A stretch of DNA of 48,639 nucleotides, filler included, from Bipalium vagum (taxonomy: Eukaryota): the NCBI GenBank assembly GCA_037834085.1. It is 2 parts of 2 records of this genome, joined end to end, with 100 filler letters (N's around TTAATTAATTAA, not from the genome) between each part and the next. Parts side by side here need not be neighbours in the genome. Positions count along the whole stretch, not along the records: positions 1 to 27,693 come from JBBMKC010081694.1; positions 27,794 to 48,639 come from JBBMKC010245463.1. One strand, given 5' to 3'. Positions 25,640 through 38,432 of this stretch are shown piece by piece. A program made the position numbers and the translations under genes. Each line of letters starts with the position of its first letter. Positions within the stretch are counted from its first letter, which is position 1. The notes beneath the pieces were generated by a model, which made no database searches, had not been told where the DNA came from, and worked only from the letters and a program-made list of their open reading frames with translations.

Positions 25640-26050
25640 ATAAATTTAAATTTAATAAATATAAATTTCAAGGTATATTTCCTTTGAAATTAATGTTTGG
25701 TTTTGTTTAATTTTTTAAGAAAGCTATTTATAATAATCAAGGTGATATAACATTATTAAGAAAAAAAAGTAATGATAAAGAAATCTTTTATGGAACCAAA
25801 GGAGAGTTAAAATTAAATTTTAAAAAATTATTATTATTTATTCGTTCATTAAAATTAAATAATAACGCAAACTTAAATCTGGTCTCTAGAATGACAGATG
25901 GTAAAAATCATAATATTGATCTTTTTGAATAGGAACTGTATAGAACTAAATTTAACAGATGGTACAACTCAAAACTTACAAATATTTGATGTACCTAGTA
26001 TTCAAATTTTTTATTTGTTACTTTTAGAAAAACACGTTTTGATTATAGAA
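25640..26050 (+). pseudogene. Polinton major capsid protein (hexon) fragment
   Basis: FPLKLMFGFV*FFKKAIYNNQGDITLLR resembles the conserved IPL..hFGF..DY.K.h.N....h.L.R capsid motif. Confidence 0.65.
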
Positions 26051-26059
26051 AAAATAATT

Positions 26060-26775
26060 TTCATTTTTTCATAATGGATCTGATTATGACTTTCATTTAA
26101 TGATAAAAGATTTGGAAAATGAAATTCATATGAACGAAAATACTTCAAATCTAAATGATATATTCAAATTAATTCCCAAAACAGATGAGAAATATATTTC
26201 ACTTACTTATAATAAAAATTTTTAATTTGTAGACTCTTTAAGATTTCTTTTATGTTCTTTAGGTGGAGCAGCAAAAGCATTAGATAAAAAAGATAAAAAA
26301 AACTTAGAAAAATTTTGTAGAAGTTACTTATGTAATCGAAGTATTTCCGAATTAAATAATATTTCTACATTTAATTTATTAGATGAAAAAAAAATTTACC
26401 CATATGTATATTTTAGTGATTTTGAAAAATTTAGTAGAACAAAATTATACTAAATAAATTAATAATTAATAAATAATGTATAATTAATGTATAATTAATA
26501 AATAAATTATACAATTTTATATCTCAAACAAGATGTAATGTTATGAGCAGACATTTTTGAAAAATTTAGAAAATAATCAATTTTTGATCCTAGTCATTTT
26601 GTTACTACACCTGGATTAACATGGCAATTAGAATTATTAAAAATAAAAATAGAATTAGATTTAATCTCTGATCAAAATATGTTTGAAATATTTAAAAAAG
26701 GAATTAGAGGTGGAATCTCAACAATTCTAGGAACAAGATATATTAAGGCAGATAATAAATATACTGAAAAATCAA
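26060..26775 (+). pseudogene. Protein-primed family B DNA polymerase fragment
   Basis: FHNGSDYDFHL, IPKTDEKYIS, FVDSLRFL, YPYVYF, DVML*ADIFEKFR, DPSHFVTTPGLTW, KGIRGGIST. Confidence 0.92.
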
Positions 26776-27449
26776 AACATTATTTTGAATAATGTTCCAA
26801 CTCCAACAATTTCTTTGAGTTCCTAATTTAAAATGAGAATCTATTTTTGTATATTTAAATTTAAATTTTGTATAATGTGTTAATAAATCTTCTAAATTTT
26901 TTTTTCCTTCATAAAATTTTCAATTTTTAATTTTTCTAATTAAAGGATTAGAATCTTTATAAATAAATTTCGAAGATAATCTTCTCTTATTCTCATCTCC
27001 TTCTAAGTCTGGATAAAGGTTTTGAAAAGGAACAGTAGGTTTAATTTCCAATATCTAATATAAATTTTTTAAAAAATGTTAAGATTTTTATAATATTTTA
27101 CATTGTAAAGAATTGAGACGAAGTCTCGGAACGCTACATTGTAACGTATATTTGGATAAAACTTTTTCATAAAAATTTCAATTTCTTCCATTTCACTTTT
27201 AAATAAACTTCTTTTAAGAATTATGATTTCATAAATTTTATATTTTTTAAATTATATTGAAATTCATACTTATTACTTGATGGAAAAATTGTTGAATATT
27301 TTTTTCTGTATTATAGAAAAAATGTAAATGTGTTCGAAAAGTAAGTGATTTAGTACATTTTAAAAGTATTAAATCGTTTCCGAATTTAGATTCTATTACT
27401 TCTGTTCGTCCAATTGATTTTCCATTAAAAAGCAAAGTTTGGAAGAGTA

Positions 27450-27693
27450 ATATCAGATGCTGAAATATTTCAAAAGGCCACAGAGATTAGGCCGTTAGAG
27501 ATTATAAGGAAAAATAGTAATGTCTTTGTGGCAGATAAATGGGATATTGTGTTCACGGACCTGTTGAAACATAAGATTGTGACGAAAGAAAATCCCGTTA
27601 ATGTGAAACCATGGAGCAACCAGTTCATTTAGAAAATAAAATAGACGAGGCTATTTCAAACCTGTATAAAAATAAAATCATTAAAAGATGCAA
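27450..27693 (+). mobile_element. Gypsy RT N-terminal fragment
   Basis: NVFVADKWDI, LKHKIVTKENPVNVKP and IDEAISNLYKNKIIKRC; runs into the gap. Confidence 0.75.
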
Positions 27694-27793
27694 NNNNNNN
27701 NNNNNNNNNNNNNNNNNNNNNNNNNNNNNNNNNNNNNTTAATTAATTAANNNNNNNNNNNNNNNNNNNNNNNNNNNNNNNNNNNNNNNNNNNN
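27694..27793. other. Artificial scaffold spacer: 44 N + TTAATTAATTAA + 44 N
   Basis: Exactly 100 bp and symmetric; the central 12-mer gives stop codons in all six frames. Confidence 0.97.
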
Positions 27794-27868
27794 TGTATAA
27801 CCCCCATTTAGTAAAAATTTTTTGGTAAAAAAAAGTATAACCCGCGGGTTATACACGCGAAAATACGG
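27794..27868. mobile_element. Terminal repeat of a pogo/Tc2-like element inserted into the adjacent transposase
   Basis: Ends ...TTATACACGCGAAAATACGG|TA (CCGTATTTTC-type TIR next to a TA target). Confidence 0.65.
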
Positions 27869-28538
27869 TATTTCTGAGTAAAATTCTTTAAGACGTACTT
27901 CGTTTGGAATTGCTGGTACGTAAGTCTCATCATCCATGACACAAATAAAATTTCTAGAAGATGGTACTACTTTATTATAAATATACATGCTCCCTTTTCG
28001 TGCTCTTAATTATTGATTTTTGATATACTTTGGTAACTTCTTTTTAGTATATGTTTTCATACAGAGTAACTGTTTTATTCTGTGAACACTACCATAATGA
28101 ATATCCAAATTTTCACCATCCTTGAGAACCGATTTTGACGGATTATTTATGAATGAGGATCTCAACATCTTTTGGTTTCCTTTGGTATTTGTTGTTCTGG
28201 GTCGACCAATTTTCTTTATTAATTCTATACGGTTTTCAAATACAAATCGCTTTAATATGCCTTGAATCGATCTTCTCGGAACATTTTCGGCAAAAATGGT
28301 CAATTATCAATTTACAATTTCAATTATTTCCTTGGAAATATTAAATTATTTGGTTGGCTTTATCTTGATAAAAATTAACTCTCATGTCTACCAAAAATTA
28401 ACATGTTATATGTGAAATTAAAGCTTACTTAATCCTCTCTAGAATACTAAAATTTTCAATCAATAAATTAATAGTTTTAAAAATTATGATTGGTTGAAAA
28501 TGATTGAAATATGGGCTACTACTTTTGAAACACAGTAT
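27869..28538 (-). mobile_element. DD37E-like transposon, 5' part
   Basis: HTH ORF 28010-28303 (IGRPRTT), first catalytic motif ICVMDDETYV, TIR-like end near 28538. Confidence 0.8.
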
Positions 28539-28731
28539 AGTTACAATCATCACTTGCATAAAAATGTTTACATTGCATGTTGTTCGCCAATACTATTTGA
28601 TTAACAACGAAATTAATATAGAACGGCTGCAAATTATTGAGGACAAGTTACATTTTGAGAGATTGAGTAACCTACAGTAAGTTCAAATCACATGGCTCTT
28701 CGTTCGAATAATCTATTAACATTTCCAAATA

Positions 28732-29110
28732 CAGTGCTGTACAAATTAATTTGGACTGGCGAAATTTCACAAACGATTATGATTTATCAAGTTTAATAAA
28801 GCACAAAAATAATATTATTACTACATTTAGCAATGAATGTGTCCACGGCGTGCTGCTTTTACACTTTTGACACAACTTGACATTGAATCAACTTGCAACA
28901 TGCTTCTTTGAGTTCATTGTCATAATCCCTTATATGATTAACAGAGTTAATTAGCTTCACCAATGTTCCACAATCATATCATTGTATTTTCTTTTGATGA
29001 TTCATAATAAACTTTCTATTGGACTTAAGCCAAGACTATTTCCTGACCAGGAAATCATATGTATTTTTCTTTGTTCCGCGAACATTTTTGCTCTGCAAGC
29101 AATAGGACGT
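28732..29110 (-). mobile_element. Tc1-like 3' fragment
   Basis: TA|CAGTGCTG TIR. Minus strand reads WSGNSLGLSPIESL (cf. WPGNSPDLNPIENL). Confidence 0.75.
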
Positions 29111-31559
29111 GATGCTTATAATACTTATATAGTAATGGGTTAAAATACAAACTTAATTAGATAAATGGGTTACATTAAAAACATGAGAGACAAGAATGGG
29201 TTGGAAAGCAATATGGCTTCAATTATTAACTTCCTTTAAAGATTCCTAATCATCTGTTATATATAGGAAAAATCATTCACAACTAATAGTTGAAAAAAAT
29301 CGATAGAACATTGGGTTTCAAACAATTTGTTTTAACCGGAGTTCATCGAACTATTATTAACATTATTATTTAATTTATTTTTGTTGTCTTTTTCTATTTT
29401 ATCATTTTTTATACAAAAAGCAGCAAAAAATAAAATAAAAAACGAACGGGAATTTATAATTATCGTGACATATTTCATATTTAAAAATGGTAGAATCTCC
29501 ATATTACTCGAAAACTTTGTTACCAGTAATAATAATATATTTTTTACAACCGCTACTTTTAAAATGTTCTTCATTATCTTGTTTGTGGTCCAGAGATTCG
29601 AAACAGTCTGAAACAAGATTTAATCGCTACTTAAAATGAGATTATTGCGTTACAAGGGAATAAAATTTTCCAAAACTCTTTTCTTTTGCTAAATATTATT
29701 TTAATTTAACTTAAATAAAAATCTGTAACAATTTTTAATTGTTTCGTATTGATATTATTTTAACAAATAATTTTTGGTTGGGTCTGTTCCATTAATTACA
29801 CAAAATCGTTATCTACATTTTCGAGAAGAAAAGGATTGCGGATTCTCTTAATTGCCAAGACAAAATTAAAGTACTTTGAGTCTCAATGACTTTGTGTTGA
29901 AAAATTCCTAAGGAATCCTTTCATACTGGAATTGATTGTCGATAAATAATTGTTTTAATTATCAAATATTTGTCTGGAATTTAATAAATTAGTGAAACAA
30001 ATTTTGTAAGGGATTATTAATATTATTCACCAAGTTCGATTTTGTATTTCAGAGCAGATGTTCAACTGAATTAATTCTATTGCTAGATGTACTTGTTAAT
30101 TATTCTTTCTTTTATAATCATAAAACATTATAATTTTAAAGGAAACAGCAAGAATTTTTTTCCCAATTTATTTAAATTTCATATAATTTGTGGACACTTT
30201 CCAAATATACCTTTTCTTTTCTTAACATTCTAAGCTTCACTTTTCGATTGGTTCGCTTATTTTGAAGTGCTTCTCAACAAGAGCATGTGAAATAGATTGG
30301 AATCGGTAGAAATCTGATAAAACCAAATCTAATGAAGCCTACTGAGTGAATACCTCCCAAACAAAAATATGTTTAAGGTATTTTTTAAGTGTGAAACGCA
30401 AAGTCTTTGTGAAGTAAAATTAATTTAACTTGATTTTTGGCTTCTGAACTATCAAATATTGGTACAACTTTATTTATTACACTTCTCTGGTATCTTAATT
30501 GATGGGTTCATTTCATTTTATAAGCTCGTATTATAATATATATTTTCTTATCTGAAGTAGAAGCTGCGCATTGCTTTCTTTAAAAACTAATTTGACCACG
30601 TAAAGTTTTTTTCAACGTTGACCATTAAATTAATCAACCATTTTTTCATTGTGATTCTTAAAAGAAGTTCACTTTTTATTTTCACTTAAAAATTGATGTA
30701 GACAAGATTTATTTCCGAACTGTTAAATTAATTTTTTTTGTACACTTTCCAGTTTTTGCTTTGCATTGCGTTTTATTCATTTTCTTTTATTAAAATCTTA
30801 TATATTGCTTGCTAAGCAACGTTTACAAATGTGATAACTTTTTTGAGGTTAGTAGGTTTTTTTTTCCAATCCACAGTGAAAACTGAACTTAAATACTCTT
30901 TTCCATCAAAAAAGTCACCCATGGAGCATTCAATCTAATAAAGATGTTGCATGGCTACTATAAACATCATTTGTGTATGGAAAATTTATGCACCATTCTT
31001 AATTATATAAAATAATGAATAAAATTTTTAATAATTTCACTTTTTGAAATTATTCTTTATATTGTAATGAACATTTGAAAAAATTAACTTGAGACCGTGA
31101 AATCAGTAATATCTCAACTTATAGGTAAATAAATCGATTTATAAATAACCGATAAACCTATTACTTTCTCAGTATGATCTTTGATCAATATATTTTTCTT
31201 AATCGTTTTTAATACACTAATTTGACAAGTTTTTATGATCTTTTTTTAGAAATTTTAATATATATATTTTTAGAATATATTTTATATAAGCCTAGAGAAT
31301 CTCATCCCCTCAACATTAGTTGTTTTAATATTCAACAATCCGTTTTGAAATGATTACACTTAAAACCAAAATTTTAATTGATCGACAAAATACTTAACTT
31401 CGCAAATAATCACAATCACAGTCAATAGAATCTATTCCTCTTGCAAAGACTAATAAATTAATATGGTAACATTACAAACTGTTTTACAAAGTAACTTCCA
31501 GACTGTTTTATTAACAAATAAATGGATTGTAATAATAACAAAATGTGTTCAATTAACTT

Positions 31560-31862
31560 CTTCTATATTGACTAGAGAAAAAAATGTTTGTTGAAATATT
31601 CTCCCAACATCTCATCATCAGATTATTATTTATTCCGATATCTTCAAAATCATTTGAATGGAAAAAATTGAAAATCAAAAAATCATTCGAACAGAAATGC
31701 CCACATTTTCTGAATCAACAAGATACCAATTTTATATTATAGACATCAAAGCTTTAGCACAGAGATGGTCTCAAGTTGATCAGTCTTTTAGAGAATATAG
31801 TATTGTCATAAAATTGATTTAAATATAAAATTAAAAAGATTTACTTTTTCCTTGACCTAATA
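31560..31862 (+). mobile_element. mariner 3' relic
   Basis: IKALAQRWSQV C-terminal motif; TIR-like end ...CTTGACCTAA|TA. Confidence 0.55.
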
Positions 31863-32857
31863 ATTAATAAACTTTAAGTAATGGTTCAGTTATTATTATT
31901 TCAACGATTTTTTCACATGTCCTAACATTATAATGATGGATGATAATTTCAGTTGAAAGCCATCTGTCGGAACTCGAAGGCGGTGATTATCTCAAGTCAG
32001 CCGATGTTATCAATTCTACTAATCAAACTCTGCGATCAGTTCTCAACAGATACCAAAGTAATTTGACAATGGTTACTTCTTTTGTTGGGAAACCCCACTC
32101 AGATTTTTTGTATGATTAGTCTTATAGAATCAATTCAAATATTAAAAACCTTGGTGCCTTAGGCATATTATTGATTTTTGTAATTAAAATATATATTTGT
32201 GTTTTATACACATTGATTTATTTTATTCAAGATATTTGTAAGACTAAAACATAATTTCAACATTGAGTTGTTTTTTTAAGATTTTTGTAAAAGTTTCTAA
32301 AAAAGTCTTTTTTCTTTTTCTCTTTTTGTTTAGTGAGTTCAATAAATATAATAATTTAAGAAAAGAACAAAAAATCATTTTCTTTAGAAGCTTAAGATTA
32401 ACCTTGTGATTAATAATACATTAAATTGGAAGTTCCCGATTAAAATATATTGTAAAATTTGACAAAATACCATAGATTTTCAACAAGGTCATTGCATAAT
32501 CAAACAGCTTTATAATAAAATGTTTGGAGAATAAATTTTTTAATTTTAAATCTCCATAAATTAAAGAGATTCTAAAAACCATTCTAAAAGTTGTCGACAG
32601 AGAACTGATTTAAAGACATAACAGTTAGCGGCTGAGTACTGAACAGGTCATAATTTTCAGGAAATCGTTATGTTACGATTTTCTAAATTTACTTAATTTT
32701 CAAAATATCTCTTTCAAGGTAAAAAATTAAAAATCCTTCAAATATGATGTAGCCTCATCATAGATACCTTAGGAAATATTAAAATAAAAATAGATTAAAT
32801 AAAAATATGCTCCATATACACAAGTACGTTAAATTAAGAATTTTAGTTGGTTAATTT

Positions 32858-33640
32858 ACGTGGTGTACCCAATAAGTAGTGAGACTAATGTAGAAAGGTT
32901 AATGTAAATTAAAAAATATTATAATTATATAAAGTGCAATATATTATAGGTAAATGTAAGATATTTGTTTTAATATATTGTTTTATGTTTATCATGTAAA
33001 TCGCATTTTTAAAAATATCTTTATAAAATGTGCAAAATCGGAGCGTCATTCGTTTCTTCTATTTGAAGAAAAAAGTCGAGAAATTCAAAAGGAATTAGAT
33101 GATGTTTATGGTGAAAAAAGTCCTTTATGGGCTACAACAAACGATGGTACAATGAATTTAAAGCTTAAAGAACTTCTGTGGTGGATTTTAGAAAAATCAG
33201 GAAGGTCATGTGAAATCAGCAAAAAAATAACGGAAAACGTACATGAAATTATACAAAATGAAAGAAGAATTACAACAGGAGAGCTCACTGTTAATGTTAG
33301 CAAAGTTACTATTCAGTCATTATTGGCAAGTAGTGGCTTCAGAAAGTTGTTCTCACGATCTATGCCAAGTCTTCTAACTGCTGATATGCAAGCTCACGGT
33401 TTGGAGGGCTGCCAAGAGAATCTGGAAACTTTACAACGTGTTGGGAACCATATGCTAGATAACATCATCATAATGGATGAGACACCTCTATCTCTCTATA
33501 TTCCGGAGTCTAGAAGGGAATTAAAAATGGAAACTTCCAGTAGAGACCAGTTCAAGATAGATGAAGATATCACACAAAAAAGATTTAATGCTCTCGATTT
33601 TTTGGATTGCTAAATAAAGAAATTATCGGTATTCACTCAA
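32858..33640 (+). mobile_element. mariner element, 3'-truncated
   Basis: TIR-like TACGTGGTGTACCCAATAAGT. ORF 32978-33613 has EIQKELDDVYGE, SGRS, RRITTGEL and IIIMDET. Confidence 0.85.
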
Positions 33641-34849
33641 TAAATAAACTTTAACTACAGTAACTACTGAAGGACTAATAACATTGGCAAAACATGAACA
33701 AAAAACAAAAAATGATTTTAAAAATCAAAAATTAAAAATAATAAAAAATAATATTTACAAAAGGACAATTAATAGACTGAATTAAATTTGAAAGAAAATG
33801 AATTGATGATGGTTTGAAATCAAAAGAATAATTTTGTAAATAATGAAGTTCAACACTATGTTAATGACTTGGATATACATTATTAACCGACTCATTTCCT
33901 GGCTTCAAACTTATTAGTTATGTTCTTATATCAACCAACCTTTAAAAAGCATACCTAAGCACAGTAGAGCTTCGACCCCGATATCCCATCGATATATAAG
34001 TCCGACAGACTCACTAACTTCAACAGACTGGATAATGAATTCGGGATTGGTAAAAAATATTCAAGGAAAAATATTTTTAGGTTACAATCGCTTAGAGTCA
34101 GAATGAATCTATTATCTATTTTGATAAATGATCACCAAATGAATTTTAAAGAAAAATATTCGTTGTGAAATTATTGACTCACATTTCTTAATTGATAGGT
34201 CTTTAACACAATACCTCTAGTGTCAGTAAATTATTTCTAAAAGTTTTTTTTAACAATCTGCTCTTAAATTAAATGATTATTAAATTATTTAAAAGGTCTG
34301 TAGCACTTTAAGGAATTTTTTTTACCATAACCTCTCTCGAGACAACCTGTTGAGATCATCAAATTATGAACATTTAATGAAGACGATGATTAGGCAAAGA
34401 AAGATTTAAATCTATACTATCAATAATTCAAAGTTACTGTGATGCCGATAGACTATAAGTATTGAATATATAAGTAAGAATATATGAAGAAAATCGTTAC
34501 TTAATTTAATAATATTACTTATATTAAAATTTATTATATCGTGCCAATATTTATACTTAATATTTATAAGTAGATAACAATTTATATTATATTTATTGAT
34601 AACGTGTACTTATTAATATTTATACTTTATTTGTTACTTCTCAAACATTTTTATGCCTCACTTTTTGAAAAAGAAATTTCTTATCACCACCTTAAAATCT
34701 TTTTTATCAATAAACAAATAATAGACACATTGAAACTTAACAATACTGTCACCTTTACGTCGAATGTTATTGAATTTCATTATTTAACATGAAAATAAAT
34801 GGAAAAAAAATAAAATCATTTTTATTACACATAAAAATTGAAATTTCTA

Positions 34850-35880
34850 GTCAATAGTGTGATGGATGCACCTGATGAAGACATTATTTTACTAATATCT
34901 GGTTTCATGTTTGTCAAATATAATCGTTCAACTATTTGCAATTTATTCCTTTGTTGTGTTAAAAATTCATAACTGCACTAAATATTATAGTATTTAATGA
35001 ATTTCATTTTATTTTATTGACTGCTTATATGACATACTGCCATAATTTGTTCAGACATTCACTCATTTTAAGAACATAAACGTTGACGGTGTGTAATGAA
35101 TAGCATATACATTTGGTAAATGCTCTTTTATATGTGCCACAAAGCCTCGATAACTTCCTAACATTGATGGAACACGGTTGCTGGCAGTTGAAAGAATATT
35201 GCTTAGAGAAATATCATTTTCTATGAAATATATTTGTAATTCGTAAATATCGAATCACATTTAGTATTAGTAACCAAATGCTTTGCAAATAATAATTCTT
35301 AATTATTTTTTCTTCTCTTATGAATTGTACATATGCTAAAAGACGTGATTCATTTTCTGGTAAAGTCGATTCATCAAACTGAATAGAAAATCGAGAAGTT
35401 TTCAAATACTTACACAAATTAATTTTTTACATTTTGAACCTTTCATCTATTCTTCTTTTGATTCCACTGTTGCTTAAAGGAATTATTTTGAAAATATCGA
35501 AAATTAGCTTGTTCATCACAGTATCTATGGTTTTAATAATTGGTATAATTAATTTCTCGCCAATTCTGTGAGGCTTTCCAGATTTAGCAATCAACATTGA
35601 AATGTTGTAAGAAGCACGTAATCCGTGTTTCATCTTGAGAAGGTAATGCTGAAAATAAATTAGATAATGTTGGCCTTTTAATATTTTTTCTTTCAGATTT
35701 TGAAAGAATAATATATTTTTAATCGGGATGTACTTTGATTAAATAATCTTTTAGTTGCAACAGCTTCCTGGCTTCATTTGATAAGGTCTTTGGCAAATGA
35801 CACACTGAGGTATTTTTATTTGTTGTGTGGAGACTTCCAAAACCTTTAAAGATTTAATAATAACAATGTAACATTTTTGT
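34850..35880 (-). mobile_element. hAT (Buster/SCAND3/ZBED8-like) transposase relic
   Basis: GLRASYNISMLIAKSGKPHRIGEKLIIP, IPLSNSGIKRRI, FSIQFDEST...LLAYVQFI. Confidence 0.88.
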
Positions 35881-36318
35881 GATCCGATGGTGACAATTAC
35901 ATTATAATATTATACTTAATTAGTTTTATGTTTTATGTTAAAAGAATTTTTCCTCAAGAGTTATATATAATAAAAATGAAATATAAATATATTATTATTA
36001 TCATTATTATTGTTTTCATTATTATTTTATAAAAGTACATACATTAAAACAAAAAAATACATAAAAATATTGCGAAAAATAATATAGTAAGTAGAACTTA
36101 CTAAAAATAGATTATATGAGAAAATCATGTACAGAAAAGATATTATTAGTAAGAAACAATTTTAAGTTATTATTTTAAGTAAAAATTAATTACTAAATAG
36201 AAAACTGTTGATAAAAATTATATAGATAAATTCAGAATATTTGCTGAAAAGACAAAATAATAAAGCCAAAAAACAATTTATGTGTACTAAAAATATCAAC
36301 GACGATCATTTCGAAATA

Positions 36319-37490
36319 CAGGGTGGCGCATATATACATACCGCGCAGTCAAACCTTTACATTTGGTAAACCAGCAAACATAAACATAAGTAAACTTTTA
36401 GAACGAATAACATTGATTTTCAAGAACATTTTTATACCAAAAATGAAACGAATCTGGACACACATCTCTAAGAAAATTGCAGCTGAGTCTGGAAAAATGT
36501 GATATCTGTGCTTACAAAGTGCCCAAAATTTTTCAATTTGGCGTAACTGTGGCACATTCGGCGGCCCCCTTCCCTGTGTTTGGCCGTCACAATGCTACAA
36601 TAATGCGAAGTTTGCAGATCAGGCCAAATTAAAATTGACCTTTGAACATCCAACTTTTGTAAAAACGGCAAAAGACGCTTTTCAATACATTCTTTTAGAT
36701 AAATGTACCATTAGTCACAAACGGCTCTGAAACAGATTCATCTTCTGCCAACGCTTGCCAGATCATAAACCTTTTTCTAAATTTATCGGTTTGAACTACA
36801 CGCTCTTCAACTGGTGTCTCCGCTTCATCATCATACAAATAATATTGGTTACCAGGCACTTACGTTGGATCTAGTGGCACATATGTTTCGTCATCCAAAA
36901 CAAAGAAGTAATTCTTGCCACTTGGAAGACTATTCTTGTAAAGCTTAGCTGACCACTTAATTGAACGCTGTATCAAACCTTTATTATACTTAGGCTTACT
37001 CAGCTTCTTTCTTCTACGCTATCCAACCGCTTCTTTCACTATCTGATAGGTACTACGACTCAGGTGCAACTGCTTTAATGACACGTGCTTTGACAGTGAT
37101 CTGTTGTTTTTCGCGTGCTTCAACACTTTTCTTTGGGTTCTGGGAGTGTTTACAACTGGTTTATGACCTGATATTGACTTGTAATCTGTTACTCCAGTCT
37201 TCAGAAAGCGTGATATCACATTCCGGGTTCTTCTCTCTTTAATATTTTTCTGCCGAAAGTGATTAACCGTAGCCAGTTTATTTTGTGAATTTTCTTGGAA
37301 AAAGCAATAATTGCCTTGGTGTTAAATTTGTGTTGCTGTCTTTTCATCTAGAGGGTTATCACTAAATAAATTATTCAATAAAAAGATCAATATAATACGA
37401 TTTCAAAAATTTCTTTGTTTTAGTCACTATGTAGCCTAATCTTTCATAGCAATTTTTAGAAGTGGCGGCATCTATTCATGGGCCACTCTT
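36319..37490 (-). mobile_element. Near full-length decayed DD37E (ITmD37E-like) transposon
   Basis: Degenerate ~26-bp TIRs (CAGGGTGGCGCATAT... / ...TTCATGGGCCACTCTT) flanked by TA. Motifs VLDDETYV, MIWQAL, IWPDLQTSHY, PPNVPQLRQIEKFWA. Confidence 0.88.
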
Positions 37491-38432
37491 TATCAGAAAG
37501 TTCACGCATATAACACGAAACCATCACGTTCTGATCAGCACAAATTATCACTATAAAAAAACACAATAAATCCTCGTTTAGAAATAAAAAGTGTCAGTTA
37601 TTTATGCCTATTAGTAAGTATTTATTACACGTACTTTATAGAATACATTGTTAATCACAAGTATTCTTTTTTATTATATATTTTTTTTATTTAATTAGTT
37701 TCTTTTCAATTTGTAATTCTAAGAAATTACACAATTATTATAATATTAACTAAATAGATAAACAATTCTAAAGTCGAATTCCCGATTGGTTATTCTAAAG
37801 AATTGCACAATTGTATAATTAAAAATCTTTTTAGTAAATGCTAGGGTTCAGTCCTAAAATCAATTAATCTTTTTTGTTTTCCCTTCACTTCAGAAGCAGT
37901 TCTCTTTTGTTCTAGCAGTTCACACACTAATTACGGTGGTGAATTGCATATCTTTGAGGACTTTTGAGACACTGTTATTTTTATCAGTGCGAAAATTATC
38001 TTTCCTTTTAATTAATCCTAAACTCGGGGAAATTTTTCTTAAGAAGGATTGTTGAAATAGCAATCACTCTTGTTTTGTAAACTCCTAAAATCAGATTGTC
38101 ATTTAATATAAATAGAGTTTTTTGTATTAAATTGTTATCTTAGTCGATTAAAAATCATAGTTAAAACACGCCTAAAAAACCTTCTACAGTTAAGCTCTTA
38201 ACCCGCTCCACTTTATTTAAGAGACTTAACAGTTGGACATTTCATAAATTTAAATTTTAAATATTAAATATATATTTATATGTGCGCCTTTGATTGATAA
38301 ACCATACATAAAATATGTTAGTTTTTTAGTAGCATTACATAATTGTAAAGTCTTGTTCTTTCTGTAAGCTTTTATTCTTCTCCAGTATTTTTATCTTTAT
38401 TCTTTTTAATAAACTTTCATGATTTAAACTTA

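Larger units (their letters stand above)
19780..27440 (+). mobile_element. Decayed Polinton/Maverick (adintovirus-like endogenous virus); boundaries approximate
   Basis: Co-oriented remnants of PLA2-like, retroviral-type integrase, penton, A32/FtsK ATPase, hexon and protein-primed PolB genes. Interrupted by a Gypsy insertion. TIRs not identified. Confidence 0.9.

Noticed and set aside
27113-27150. Twin hairpins GAGAC-GAA-GTCTC and ACGCTACA-T-TGTAACGT resembling a minimal Penelope hammerhead
   Set aside because: The CUGANGA core is absent and GAAA reads GGAA.
29860-31030. Possible minus-strand Mutator-like relic (FTVDW, LCVSH, ALVEKHFK)
   Set aside because: Motifs are too short and scattered to support without a profile search.
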